Part shown: positions 37,376 through 48,200 of the stretch, in pieces
Numbering within the stretch: position 1 is the first letter of the stretch
How the letters are laid out: every line of letters starts with the position of its first letter
Source of the DNA: an uncultured bacterium
GTDB taxonomy: Bacteria; Verrucomicrobiota; Kiritimatiellia; RFP12; UBA1067
Length of the DNA: 64,000 nt
Assembly: GCA_902802945.1 (NCBI GenBank)
Contig: CADCOC010000016.1
Coordinates: forward strand, 10,269 to 74,268
Reading direction: 5' to 3'
Program-made: the position numbers and the translations under genes
Notes under the pieces: generated by a model
What the model was told of the DNA's origin: nothing
The model's database searches: none
Seen by the model: only the letters and a program-made list of their open reading frames with translations

Positions 37376-40300
37376 TCATCTCACAACGATCATGCAGCCT
37401 TTCGACAACACTTTGATAGTTTTTCTGTCGGCGGAAAGCTTGATCTTATAGCCCTTCACGCCTGCCGCGAGCGCTGGAGCGCTTGTGAATCTCGCCGCGT
37501 TGTTCTCCGCCACCTGCGCGAAGACGAAGCCGCGCGTCAGCGGCTCGGTGAAGTCGAGCGTGGCGTTGGTGAAGTCGAGCGTGCCGCCGCCCGTGAGCGT
37601 GATCGCCCGCGCGCCCGGCGTCGCCTTCAAGACGCAGTTGGTGATGCCGAGATCGTGCCCTGCCGTGTCAAGCGTCACGGCGTTCGCGCCGAAGACAACT
37701 GCGTTCGTGATTCCGCTGATGAACGCTGCTTTGTCTGCGTTCGCCTCGAGCGTGCCGCCGTCAAACTCCACGGTTGACGCACCCGCGCCTCCTGTGATGT
37801 CCGCCGTGACGAGCTTGCCGCTTCCGCTCAGGCGCAGTTTCGCCGTGGAACCCGATCCATGTGCGACATTCATGCCTTTCGCCGCCGTGGCCGTGCCGCC
37901 GGAGATGTCCCAAAGGCCCATCTTGATCGCACCTTCGGAACCCAGGTTCACCCTGTTTGCCGTGATGGTAAACGTTCCGCCCGACATGATGTAGGAGCCC
38001 TCGCTGCCGGTTGACCATCCAATTGAGAGATACCTGTTCGCATTCACCGTTCCGCCGCTCTGCACGAACATTCCGATTCCCGGAACATTTCCCTCATAGT
38101 TGTCCAGGCGACCTATCACGAAGCTATCGCCTACCGTCAGCATGCCCGCTGTGATTTCGTAACGCGCTGTGGACGTGTTCCCTACGCCGAGGTTCAGGTG
38201 GCTAGGCAACGACACCGTACCGCCGTCCTGCCTGAACAGCGTTGGACCTGAATTGTGGTGTCCGAGCGTAATGTAACTGGACGTGGAGAACATCGCGTTG
38301 TTCGTCACGAAAATGTAAATGCCTGAATCGCCATAAGCACCACAACGGAAATGCGTGTGACCCTGGAATTTCAGCGAAGCGTTCCCACTTACGGAAATCG
38401 TCGCCGTGTGGCCGTATCTGCCGGGATATGAATCGCCCGTCACAGTCGTCGTACCGTTCGTCACGAAAAGTCCCGCGTCGGACGCCCAGCCAAGGCCCTG
38501 GTTAGCGATGGTGAACGTTTGGTCGTTCACGCTCTTCACCTCCAAAAAGTCTGTATAGACCGTCACCTTCGCCGTGTCGATGTAGTCCTTCTCGGAGAAG
38601 GCGTTTTCCGTCCAAAGCGCGGGCGTCGTTCCTGCAACGGAGTTCGTCACGTACGCGCCGTTATCCCCTTCAGCCGCCGTGAGGTAGGAAATCTTGAGGC
38701 TGTGTCCGTGGAGGTCGAGATACGAGCCGTCCGCGATGGTCAAGTTGGGCGCGGCAGACCAGTCGCAGTCCGCGCCAAGCGTCACCGCGCCGCCGTTGCC
38801 GCCGCCAATCTGCGTCGTCACCCACACAGGCGTCGTTCCCGCCGGAACGGTGAACGATGTCGTGCCAGAAAGCACGACGACGGTTGACTTCACGGGCAGG
38901 GCGTTTGCCACCACGCCACCCGTCGAGTTGGTACAGGCCCAGTTCGCGGGGTCGTAGAAGTCGGTCGGATCGCCGCCACCGGTCCACCACGCGAACGCGG
39001 CGACGTTCGCGGCGAGGCCGAGTTCGATGGACTTGCCGTCCGCCGAGACGGATGCGACGTAACCGTCGCCGACGAGCTCAACGAAATCGAGGACGTCGTC
39101 CGCACCCTCCGGCAGCACAAAACCGTCCGTCGTTGCAATCGTAAGCGAATCCTCCTGATAAGAGGTGGTGTCAATGCGAATCTTCGCGTTCTCGCCAAGT
39201 GTGACCTTGCCGCCAAACGCGACGGAGTTCGTAAGGACGAGCGTCGTGCCGCTGGCGACCACGCTGTCGCCCCCAACCGTCAGCGTCCGGGCAAGTGCGA
39301 GCGAGCCGCCGCCCGTGACCGTCAGTCCGCCCTCGCCCGTCCACGGAATGTCGCAGTGGACGTTGTGTCCTGCCGTGTCGATCGTGAGGCCGCCAGCGCC
39401 GATGGTGTAGGTTTTCGCGTAGCCGTCCGCCGACGCGACCTTCGCCATGAACGGCGCGACCGCGGTATCGTTGTTTTTGGCGCGGATCGTCGCACCGTCA
39501 GCGACCAGCATCTGCCTGTTGTACGCAAGACACTTAAGAACGCCAACTTCGAGGACGCCTCCCGTGAGATGCACCTCGCTGCGGCCAGGAGTCGATGTGT
39601 TCGCGCCCAAGTAGAAGTTCCCAACATCGGCGACGCCGCCCGAAAGCTCGAACACGCCCTTGCCATTGTTGCCATTTAGACCGTTGTACACCGTCCCCAT
39701 CGAAAGATCACGGTCGATCTGAAGGAGACCGCCGCTTACGCGTACGATGCCGGTCAGGTAAGTACTGCTGCATTGCGCCGCGATTCGCAGATACCCCCTG
39801 CCAGAGCCACCAGCGGCATGAAAGACGCCGCGTTTCACCTCAAGTATCGACAGACCTGGATATTGAACACCGACGAAGTTTCCACTGTTGCTGCCATTAT
39901 CTGCCGTCGTAAGCGAACCGCCGTCAATCACCAGTTTCGTCGTCACGGCGTAATCACTTGCAACACCGGCATAGTTCAGGGCGATGCGGCTGTTTGCCTG
40001 TGCGGAGAAATCTGCAACAAAACCATCGGCAAACTTAATCGTGCTACCCTGATATGCTAAGGACACACCTGCCGACGGACGCCACGTGCCGTTCGTCAAC
40101 ACGATTTCTTCGCCGTTGTAACGACGGGAATTTATCGTAAACGAGCCGGTGTATGTGTCACCCCCAAAATCAAGTATGCCTTCTTTTGGTATGATAGACG
40201 CGGGCTTTGTGGCATGAGAGAGGACAAGCGTGCCCTTGCCTTCCTTCTTCGGCGTAGTGGCGGTGAGTCCGCCGGAGAGCGCGAGGCGTCCGCCTTCCGC

Positions 40301-41650
40301 AACGTAGATGCTGCTATTGTCCGTGGAGAGCGTGACGGGCGCGGTGATGTCCTGCGCGGCGACACTCGCGTCCGCGATGTCCTGCGAGAACGAAAGGCCG
40401 TCGCCACCAACCGTAAACGCCCCGGCGGTGTCCGTGAACGCCAGGCGCGCGTAGGAAGATTCGGCGGGCGTGTCCGCGCCGCCAGCGGCGGCGGAATAGA
40501 CGAGCGCGGAGTCGGCATCGGCCGCATCAAAGGAAAGGTAAAGCGTGTTGCCGTCGCGCAAAAGCACGCCCGCACCGCCGCCGGAGATGGTGATCTGTCC
40601 GAGCGAGCCGTCAAGCGAGGAAGTGCAGGCAATCAGAGGATAGCGTCCCGAAGGAGATTCCGGCAGCGTCACGTTGAGCGTGGCGGGGCCAATGATTTCG
40701 AGGTTTGGCGTCGTGATAGGCGTCGTACCTGCGTCGAGCGTACCGAGGTTCAACGTGATGCCGTCGAAGATAAGGCCGTAGGTGAGCGTCGATTGCGAGA
40801 ACGTGACGGCGCCGCCTCCCGTGAGGCGCAGCTTGCCGGTGCCGGTGAATGCGGGAATCGATTGCGCGAATCCTGCGGTGTCGAAGGAAGCTGGGATACC
40901 GGTGATCTGCATCGTCCGCGTCTTGGTGTTGGAGGCATTGAACGCCTCCACATTGAAGATGTTGGCCTTCGTTGCGACAAGCGTGCCGTTGTGCCATGTG
41001 AAGACTTGTCCGTTGCCCGTCCTGAAGGTGATGTTGCCCGTCGTCAGCGTTCCGCCGTTGAGGTTGAGAGTGGACGTGCCGGTACTGACTGTTTTGGTGC
41101 CCATGTAAACCGTCCCAGCCGTCGCCTCGCCGCCGTTGATGGTGATCGTTCCAGACGCTGTGACGCCGACTTTGTCATCCCACTGCGCCGAGCTGCGCAA
41201 CACGGCATCAACCTTGAGAACGCCGCTGTTGAGCGTGAGCGTAGAAGTGTTATTTTTGCCGATGCCGCTTCCCACGGCAAGGTATCCAGCTCCGTTGTCT
41301 GTCGAACACCAAAGCGTACCGCCGTTGATGTTCACGACTGCACCAGAATAGCCGTTTTCGATGCCGATGAAGTTGCAACTACTGCTGCTGTTGCCGCCAA
41401 ACTTCATGTAGGCTCCCTCATTGATGGTCAACGTACCTTGCCACAAAAGCAACCTTCCCGTCGTGTCGAGGCGATACCCCTCTCCAACGGTCGCCGTTCC
41501 CACATTTGAACTTGCGTTACCTTTGCTGCCAACCTCATAGCTCGCGGTACTTTCTGCCGCCAGCGCATTGCCCACGCAGAGCGAAACTGCGGCGACCGCG
41601 AGAACCCAACTCGCGGACTTCACAAAAGAAACATTCTTCATCGCTTTCAT
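37376..41650 (-). CDS. Large exported passenger-like (beta-helix) protein ending KGCMIVVR
   Basis: Signal peptide, many G/T-rich xxGG.L repeats, TIDTAGH motifs. No C-terminal beta-barrel. Confidence 0.85.
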   Translation of the reverse strand: MKAMKNVSFVKSASWVLAVAAVSLCVGNALAAESTASYEVGSKGNASSNVGTATVGEGYRLDTTGRLLLWQGTLTINEGAYMKFGGNSSSSCNFIGIENGYSGAVVNINGGTLWCSTDNGAGYLAVGSGIGKNNTSTLTLNSGVLKVDAVLRSSAQWDDKVGVTASGTITINGGEATAGTVYMGTKTVSTGTSTLNLNGGTLTTGNITFRTGNGQVFTWHNGTLVATKANIFNVEAFNASNTKTRTMQITGIPASFDTAGFAQSIPAFTGTGKLRLTGGGAVTFSQSTLTYGLIFDGITLNLGTLDAGTTPITTPNLEIIGPATLNVTLPESPSGRYPLIACTSSLDGSLGQITISGGGAGVLLRDGNTLYLSFDAADADSALVYSAAAGGADTPAESSYARLAFTDTAGAFTVGGDGLSFSQDIADASVAAQDITAPVTLSTDNSSIYVAEGGRLALSGGLTATTPKKEGKGTLVLSHATKPASIIPKEGILDFGGDTYTGSFTINSRRYNGEEIVLTNGTWRPSAGVSLAYQGSTIKFADGFVADFSAQANSRIALNYAGVASDYAVTTKLVIDGGSLTTADNGSNSGNFVGVQYPGLSILEVKRGVFHAAGGSGRGYLRIAAQCSSTYLTGIVRVSGGLLQIDRDLSMGTVYNGLNGNNGKGVFELSGGVADVGNFYLGANTSTPGRSEVHLTGGVLEVGVLKCLAYNRQMLVADGATIRAKNNDTAVAPFMAKVASADGYAKTYTIGAGGLTIDTAGHNVHCDIPWTGEGGLTVTGGGSLALARTLTVGGDSVVASGTTLVLTNSVAFGGKVTLGENAKIRIDTTSYQEDSLTIATTDGFVLPEGADDVLDFVELVGDGYVASVSADGKSIELGLAANVAAFAWWTGGGDPTDFYDPANWACTNSTGGVVANALPVKSTVVVLSGTTSFTVPAGTTPVWVTTQIGGGNGGAVTLGADCDWSAAPNLTIADGSYLDLHGHSLKISYLTAAEGDNGAYVTNSVAGTTPALWTENAFSEKDYIDTAKVTVYTDFLEVKSVNDQTFTIANQGLGWASDAGLFVTNGTTTVTGDSYPGRYGHTATISVSGNASLKFQGHTHFRCGAYGDSGIYIFVTNNAMFSTSSYITLGHHNSGPTLFRQDGGTVSLPSHLNLGVGNTSTARYEITAGMLTVGDSFVIGRLDNYEGNVPGIGMFVQSGGTVNANRYLSIGWSTGSEGSYIMSGGTFTITANRVNLGSEGAIKMGLWDISGGTATAAKGMNVAHGSGSTAKLRLSGSGKLVTADITGGAGASTVEFDGGTLEANADKAAFISGITNAVVFGANAVTLDTAGHDLGITNCVLKATPGARAITLTGGGTLDFTNATLDFTEPLTRGFVFAQVAENNAARFTSAPALAAGVKGYKIKLSADRKTIKVLSKGCMIVVR

Positions 41651-41730
41651 CGTCTTTTCCTCGTGTGTTGAAACGTCGGCCTTTGGGGCATCTCGCAATC
41701 TTCGCCAGTGCTCCTAAAAACATAACTACT

Positions 41731-41761
41731 ATTTTACCCCCCCCCCTGTCCGTTTTGTCAA
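41731..41761 (-). promoter_or_regulatory. Sigma70 promoter with a G10 homopolymer in the spacer
   Basis: TTGACA-N19-TAAAAT. The C10 run on the + strand is at 41737-41746. Confidence 0.7.
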
Positions 41762-41902
41762 GTATGAAGTCAGGCTTGGTGAATTACCGCGCCCTGCGGG
41801 GGACAAAGCAAAAAACAAAAGAGAACAGATTTCGTGTAACCTTTCGCCGCGTGGTGTGTAAACAGCAGTGAAAGAACATTCAACCTCACAGGAGGTAAAA
41901 CA

Positions 41903-43219
41903 ATGGCAATAGACATAAACAACGTGAACTTCAAGATGTTCACCGACTTCGCCGCCACGGCGAAACAGAGCGCCCGCGCGCAGTTCGAAAGCAAGCTCGT
42001 CCCCGACGGCGAGGCTCGTACCATAAAGGCGGCGGGCGGACTTGACTTCGTAGGCAATGTAGGTCGGCTTTCAAAATACAAGACGACCAACGATTCCGTC
42101 CGGCGGCTCTTCCGAGAGACGGTCGCCGGGATGTTTGGCTGCGAAGAGGACATCCCGGACAGCGTGCTGAAAGTGATGAAGCTCGAGGACTACGGTAAAG
42201 GCAAGCCACTCACCGCCCGCCGGATCACCGCAGTGAAGAACGCGATAGAGGCATTCGCCAAAGACGACAACGCGTCCGCAAAGGCCGATGGAGACAAGGC
42301 CGTGGAAAAGCTTTTCAAGTCACGCGACCTATTCGACAGGATGCCGCAGGAGGAGAGCGACGAATTGAAGAATACCGTGCGCGAGATTTTCGACACATGC
42401 ACAAGCGCCGACGCGCGGGAAATCCTGCGCAAAAACATCGTGCTGATCGTCCTTCGCGGCGACGACTCCATTCGCAGCAAGGAGGAGATCAAGGCGAAGG
42501 CCGATGCGATAAAGGCGAACTTCAGGGAGCTGCGGACGGCCGCGAAAGGCAACAGGCAGATACTGAAGGCCGGCAAGCTCATGCTTGATTCCCTCGCAGG
42601 CAAGAGCCTGCCGCCTGGCAGGATTGCCGTACTGACGGCCTTTGCGACAGGGAAAAACGCCAAGCTGGACGCGATAAAGCGTCTCAAACCTTCGTCAGGC
42701 ATAGTCTCAATCACCAAGGCACTGATTCAGGTCGCAAAAAACATCAAGGCCGCCTTTGCCACCAACGACATCAAGTTCGGCAGTTTCGAAGGCGATATGT
42801 CCAACCCGCAGAGAACCTTTGTCACGGAGGTGATGCTTATGCGTCTCGCGCCAGACAAACTACGCGCAATCCAGGGGGCGCTCACGGGCGGCAATGCTGC
42901 ACAGCTGAACTACATTGCAAGGGAAATAAGCATGAAGGGACTCAGCGATATTCCGGCCGACGATGCAGATATCAATCTCGCCGTAATGGGCAATCCAAAC
43001 GAGGAAATTCCGCAGGACCTTAGAAATGGAATCCGGGACGCGATCTCATTTTTGACCATCGACAAGATGAACACCGCATCCTCCATAATCGGCGAAATCC
43101 TGGACGAAGAAGTCCCGGAGTTGCCGGATAACAACGAGTGGTCGGAGGACACGCTGTATGTTGTCGAAAAGGTCAAGGATTTGCTGCTGGAGCATCCGCA
43201 AATCTTCCATGAAGCCTGA
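41903..43219 (+). CDS. Hypothetical protein, 438 aa, the only clear + strand gene
   Basis: AGGAGG RBS before ATG, lower GC, helical composition, no signal peptide, N-terminal GKPLTARRI motif. Confidence 0.85.
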   Translation: MAIDINNVNFKMFTDFAATAKQSARAQFESKLVPDGEARTIKAAGGLDFVGNVGRLSKYKTTNDSVRRLFRETVAGMFGCEEDIPDSVLKVMKLEDYGKGKPLTARRITAVKNAIEAFAKDDNASAKADGDKAVEKLFKSRDLFDRMPQEESDELKNTVREIFDTCTSADAREILRKNIVLIVLRGDDSIRSKEEIKAKADAIKANFRELRTAAKGNRQILKAGKLMLDSLAGKSLPPGRIAVLTAFATGKNAKLDAIKRLKPSSGIVSITKALIQVAKNIKAAFATNDIKFGSFEGDMSNPQRTFVTEVMLMRLAPDKLRAIQGALTGGNAAQLNYIAREISMKGLSDIPADDADINLAVMGNPNEEIPQDLRNGIRDAISFLTIDKMNTASSIIGEILDEEVPELPDNNEWSEDTLYVVEKVKDLLLEHPQIFHEA

Positions 43220-43374
43220 TTCGGCAGCACCAGGGATGTTCTTCGCCTTTTGCCACAAGTACCGCAGTAACGGAAACTCTTGGTCGATGCGCCGCTCTTG
43301 GCGTAGTTGTCCACACTGCAGCCGGAGCGCATGAAATCCTCAAGCGTCGTACCCCAGCTTGCAAACGGATTCAC
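43220..43374 (-). pseudogene. Fragment of an SGNH/rhamnogalacturonan-acetylesterase-like gene
   Basis: ASWGTTLEDFMRSGCSVDNYAKSGASTKSFR resembles the xWG...V.N.A.SG.S.KSF block II. There is no GDS block or catalytic C-terminus. Confidence 0.55.
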
Positions 43375-43375
43375 G

Positions 43376-43534
43376 ACGCGGCGTCATTTCCGATGCCGTT
43401 TCCTGCCTCCACAATGGCGTCATTTGCGATTTGCCTTTCAAAGCCGTTGGTCTCCCCATGGAAGGTTGGTGGTATGTTAGCATACCCTCCCGTGATTCGT
43501 CAATCCCCCGACGGGGCTTTGCGGTGTGGCAAGG
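43376..43534 (-). repeat. 159-bp promoter-plus-leader element, copy 1
   Basis: Colinear with 49628-49786. Confidence 0.9.
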
Positions 43535-43573
43535 ACGCCCCGGCCTTGCAAGGACGATGGCGCCCTTGCCACA
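43525..43573. repeat. Palindromic element with TGTGGCAA...TTGCCACA ends
   Basis: 10-bp terminal inverted repeats. A related element lies at 54452-54484. Confidence 0.7.
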
Positions 43574-43580
43574 TTTTCGT

Positions 43581-45002
43581 TTACGAATCTAGAAGGTCGT
43601 CAAGGGTCAGCGTGTTCTGTGCGACCGAGGCATGCACGCCGGGCTTGATCCCTTCGGCGGCAATGACGGTTATGCGGCAATTCGCCGTCGTCCCGGTGTC
43701 GGCGCGGAACGCCTCGCGCCGGTTGAGGAGCTTCGCCTCCTCTTCGGCGGTGATCTCGTAGGGCGTCCTGTAGAACTTCATCTCGCAAAGGTTGACGTTG
43801 CCGTCCTGCCGCTCAAGCACCAGGTCGATCTGCGCACCCTTCTCTCGTTTTGAATCCGCGCGTTTCCGCCAGGAATAGACCTCGCACCCGACGCCGGAGA
43901 TGCCCAGCGCCCTCTTGATCTGGTCGATGTGGAGAATGCAGACGCGCTCGAAGGACTGACCCTCCCAGTTGGCGAGGCGCGACCCGCCGACGGAGTTCAT
44001 CCAGAAGTTCGGATCGCGCACGCTCCCGTTCATGAACGAGAAATGGAAGAGCGTGAAATTGTCGGTCAGCTGGAAGAACGCGTCGCGGTTCTTCTTGTGC
44101 CATGCGTTGAACTGGCGGACGAAATCGCAGCGGACAAGCTCCTCCAGCGTCTTCTTCATCGTCCCGCCGTTGGTGATGCCGGTCTTTTCGACCAGCTCCT
44201 CCCGCGTCATGCCGGACTTGCACGAGGCCAGTGCCGTGACGATTTTGAGATGCGCCGTGGCGTCGCGGAAAAGCGAGGAATAGAGATAGCCGAATTCGTC
44301 CCGCAGCTTGCCGTGCTCCGAGAAGCAAAGCGAATCCACGTTCTGGGCAAAGCTCCGGTCACCACGAAGAAGGCTCCAGTAATACGGCACGCCGCCGAAG
44401 ATCATGTACGCCTGGCAGAGTTCGTGGCGGCTGAGCGTGACGCCGAGGGACGCCGCGTATTCCGAACACTCCTTAAGAGTGAAAGGACGGAGCCATATCC
44501 TGTCCGTCAGGCGGTCGTGCAGCCCCCCCTTGTTGTGTACGATGTTCTCGACGATCCACGATGTCGCAGACCCGCAGACGACCATGAACACGTCCTTCTC
44601 CTTCCTGACCAGCATCTGGTTGTTCCAGAAGTACTCGAATGACGACACAAGCTTTGAACGCGGCGTATCCATCCAGGGCATCTCGTCGATGAACACGACC
44701 TTGCGTCCGGCCGGTGCCGCTGCGACCAACTCCGAAAGCCGCGTAAACGCGTCAAGCCAGCTCGCGAGCCTCGGGCATTTCCGATACCCGTACTGTACGA
44801 GCGAAGCGCGAAACGCATCCAGCTGATCGCGCAAGGTCCCGTCGCGAACTCCTGTGTGGTAGAAGGTGAACTGATCCGAAAACTTCTCCCGAATCAGATA
44901 CGTCTTGCCGATGCGACGCCTTCCGTATACGACGACAAGCTGCGATTCGGGACGCGACAAGTCCCAGTCAAGCGCCTTGATTTCTTCTTTTCTGCCTATC
45001 AT
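43581..45002 (-). CDS. AAA+ ATPase (archaeal-ATPase type) with HTH and C-terminal PD-(D/E)xK-like domain
   Basis: MIGR..E, YGRRRIGKT, FIDEMPW, VCGSATSW, GGVPYY, QIDLV...CEMKF. Confidence 0.88.
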   Translation of the reverse strand: MIGRKEEIKALDWDLSRPESQLVVVYGRRRIGKTYLIREKFSDQFTFYHTGVRDGTLRDQLDAFRASLVQYGYRKCPRLASWLDAFTRLSELVAAAPAGRKVVFIDEMPWMDTPRSKLVSSFEYFWNNQMLVRKEKDVFMVVCGSATSWIVENIVHNKGGLHDRLTDRIWLRPFTLKECSEYAASLGVTLSRHELCQAYMIFGGVPYYWSLLRGDRSFAQNVDSLCFSEHGKLRDEFGYLYSSLFRDATAHLKIVTALASCKSGMTREELVEKTGITNGGTMKKTLEELVRCDFVRQFNAWHKKNRDAFFQLTDNFTLFHFSFMNGSVRDPNFWMNSVGGSRLANWEGQSFERVCILHIDQIKRALGISGVGCEVYSWRKRADSKREKGAQIDLVLERQDGNVNLCEMKFYRTPYEITAEEEAKLLNRREAFRADTGTTANCRITVIAAEGIKPGVHASVAQNTLTLDDLLDS

Positions 45003-45050
45003 AAGCCTACCTTCTCGTTGAAGACGGAAGATATCATATCATATTTATGA

Positions 45051-45124
45051 GATAATTACAACGTTCAGCATACTTTTGTTTTGAATGCTGTAATTATCTT
45101 GTCATTTTCGGCACTTAATTACAC
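45051..45124. promoter_or_regulatory. Inverted-repeat operator candidate upstream of the ATPase
   Basis: GATAATTACA (45051-45060) and TGTAATTATC (45089-45098), with a third TAATTACA near 45116, in AT-rich DNA. Confidence 0.55.
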
Positions 45125-45202
45125 ACCTCACAAACCATCAGGTGATATTCCATCTTGGCGGCGGAACGGTGGGGCGAGGCGTCCCGCCGAGCGGCGGAAT
45201 GA

Positions 45203-48200
45203 CTACTTGACGATCACCGTAAAGCCACGGCCAATGCAAATGTAGCCATCGGCGTCCTGCGTTGCACGGGCTCCGTTGAACCTGATTCTCCTGAGCGTCA
45301 CCCTGGGGAGCGCGGTTGTCACGCGCAATCCCGGGTGCTGGAGATCGCCCGTGAGGTAAAGCGTCGAACCTTCCGGGATGGTGAGGTTTGCGCAGGTGAA
45401 CGATGCGCCGTCGCCAAACGTCATGGCGGAGGATGCGGTCAGCGTCACAGATGCGACCTCGTTCGACGTCCCCGCCGCAAGCGCGAGCGTTCCACCCTGA
45501 AGCGAAATCTGGTTGGCCGCCGCCATCGACCCTTCCGCCCGGTTGAGAAGGAGCGTCCCTTCCCTCACCTGGATCGGCTGGTTCAACGTCGCGATCCCGT
45601 CAAGGCGCATCGTCCCCGCACCGGTCTTGATGAAGGACGAGGACTTGTAGCTTCCGTCCGAGGAGATGTTTCCGGCCATCACGAAGTCCACTCCCTCGCC
45701 CGCGACGGTATCCTCAACGTCGATCGTGACGTTGTTGACGCCAGTTGACTTGTTCGTTCCCAGTACGGTGAAGTACCCGTTAAATGTCGATGCTCCCGTT
45801 CCCGAAACCTTCAAGACGGGATCGGACGCCGTAAAACCGAACTGGAACGCACCGCCCGTTACGGAGGCCGACGCCGCATTGGAGAGCGTCAGGTAGTAGA
45901 TGTAGGTGGATCCCTCAGAGTGCGTCAGCGTCGCGCCATCCAGAACGACCTCGCCACTCGCGTAGTGGTACGGATATGCCTTTGCGCTCGTCGCCGTCGT
46001 TCCTGGATGCATCGTGATGGTGTCCGTTCCCTTCGTCATGCCGTCGTTGTATGTGCCCGCGCCCGAGAAGGTGAGTGTGGCATTGCCCCAGAAGTCGATC
46101 ACCTTGGGAAGAGCATACTTCACGGCGACGTCATACACGATCGGGTGCGCCTCGTCGCCCCGGACGACGAACGCGCTGTCGGTCATCGTGATTGCGCCGT
46201 TGGCCTTTACCGTCGCCGTGGGCGCGGCGGCACCGTCCGTCGGCTCGCCGAATGCGTTGGCGTCGAACGTCACCTCCACGCCCTTGCCGGAAAGCGCGGG
46301 GAACGTCTGCGTCCCCGTCGCGGCGAACGTCAACTTGCTCATGTCCTCGGCCGCCAGCGGCGTCACGTTCGTCACGCCAAGGATCTCAAGGGCTCCGGCC
46401 GTCGTGAAGGCGTTCGCGATCACGGACCGTCCGCCAAGCTCGCCACCTACGCCGGGGAATATCTTCGCGTTTGCGGCGAAGTTGAGGGCTTCGTTGGAAA
46501 GCACGAGCGTTTCGCCCGGAGCGGGCGTCATGTGCAGCTCCTTGATCAGGAAGCCGGTAGAGGTATACTCGTAGATGATCTTGCCATTGGAAATGCTCAC
46601 AAGATGCTTCACGCCGGAGGCTGTCTCTATCGACTCGACGCGATACGCATGCGCTCCGCGCACAATGGTCAGCACGCCGCTGCCGATGATGCGGAGATTG
46701 TCGAGGGCAACATCCTCGTCGAGCGTCAGAGTCGCGTCGCCGTCCGTCAAGTTGACAACTGCGCTGCCGTTCGTCGGCGCCGCGATGGAGGTCTCCCCGA
46801 TTAGCCAAGAGGCCGCGCCCCACACGGCGGACCCGGACAAGTCGAGCGTCGGCACCCCGGTGGATATGTCGCACGGACGCGACGGCGTGAACGTGACGCT
46901 GTTGCCCGAAACGCTTGCTCCGTCGGGAAGTCCCACGAACGGAACCGTCACCGTAGGATCGGCAACATACCGCCCGGTGAGCGTCAGTGCCACGTTGATC
47001 GGCACCCACACCTCCTCATCCGTCCAGGTCGTTCCGCCGTCCGTCGAGAATTCAAATCCGGAGATGCCCTTCGTCACGCGCACTTCGACGGCTCCATCGG
47101 CGAACCGGTAGCCGTCGGGCGATTCCGACAGGTTGAAGCGCTGGCTGTCAACGTACCAGTTGCGCAGCCTTTCATCAGCGGTCAACACACGCGACGTCAT
47201 GCGCACGGCGCAGATTTCAGATTTGTCGTAGAGTTTATTGTTGCCGGCATAATCCGCGCCAATCCATATGTTCGTTTGTGTGGGATTTACGCTTCCGCCC
47301 CCCGTCTTGTGAATCTGATTCGTTGCGTTACAGTATGTCGTAGCCCCAGTCGAATCGCACACCACCGCGATGTACTGCCGCTTGTTCCATTTCGTTATGG
47401 CACTGGTCCCGAACTGGCTTCTGGAATTCCACCCGCTTTCACGGTACTGGACACCTTGAACGAGCGGATTGCTGCTATTCTTCTGACGCAGATCAACCAC
47501 AAGCTGACGATGGGAACTGTCTTCTCCGAAAAACGTCCAATATTCGTAGCTGTCCTTTACCTGATTGCCAGGATTAGAAATCACCAGCTCCAGCGTGAAC
47601 GCCTTGGAGGCGAGGGCATCCTTGGCGGCGGTGGACGAAGTCTGGAAATAGCTGCTGCCGTCCGTCTTCCATGCGTCGTCGATGAATCCGGCCGCGCCGG
47701 TCTTGGTCAGCGTCAGATTGCCCATGAGGTCAATCCATGTCGGCGCCGCAGCCTGGTGCATTCCCACGCCCACGTTATCGATTGCGTCAAGGTGGGCGAT
47801 CAGCGCGGCGGTTCCAGACTGCGCGTAGGCGGAAACCGGTTTCGTCGAACGCACGAAGTTGGCGCGAAGCTGCGCCACTCGGTCGAGAGAGATTGTGATG
47901 ATCGCATCGGACGCGCTCCCGCCAGTTATCGCACGGGTGTCGCCCGCCCAGCCCGTGAACATGTAACCCGACGCAGGCGTCGCCGTCAGCGTCACGTTCG
48001 TTCCGTAGGGGATCCAACAGCAGCCGTCTGCCTCCGGCGTGATGACGACACCCTCTCCGTCGCGCACGGCAACGCTCCCCTTCGCCGTGCTGTCAGGCGC
48101 CGCGTAAACCTTGGCGTAGAGCGTGCCGCTCTCGTACTTGTAGTCGTCCGCAGACCCGAAGCCGGCCGTGTAGGAAAGCGCGGTCGAGGGGCTCGGCATG

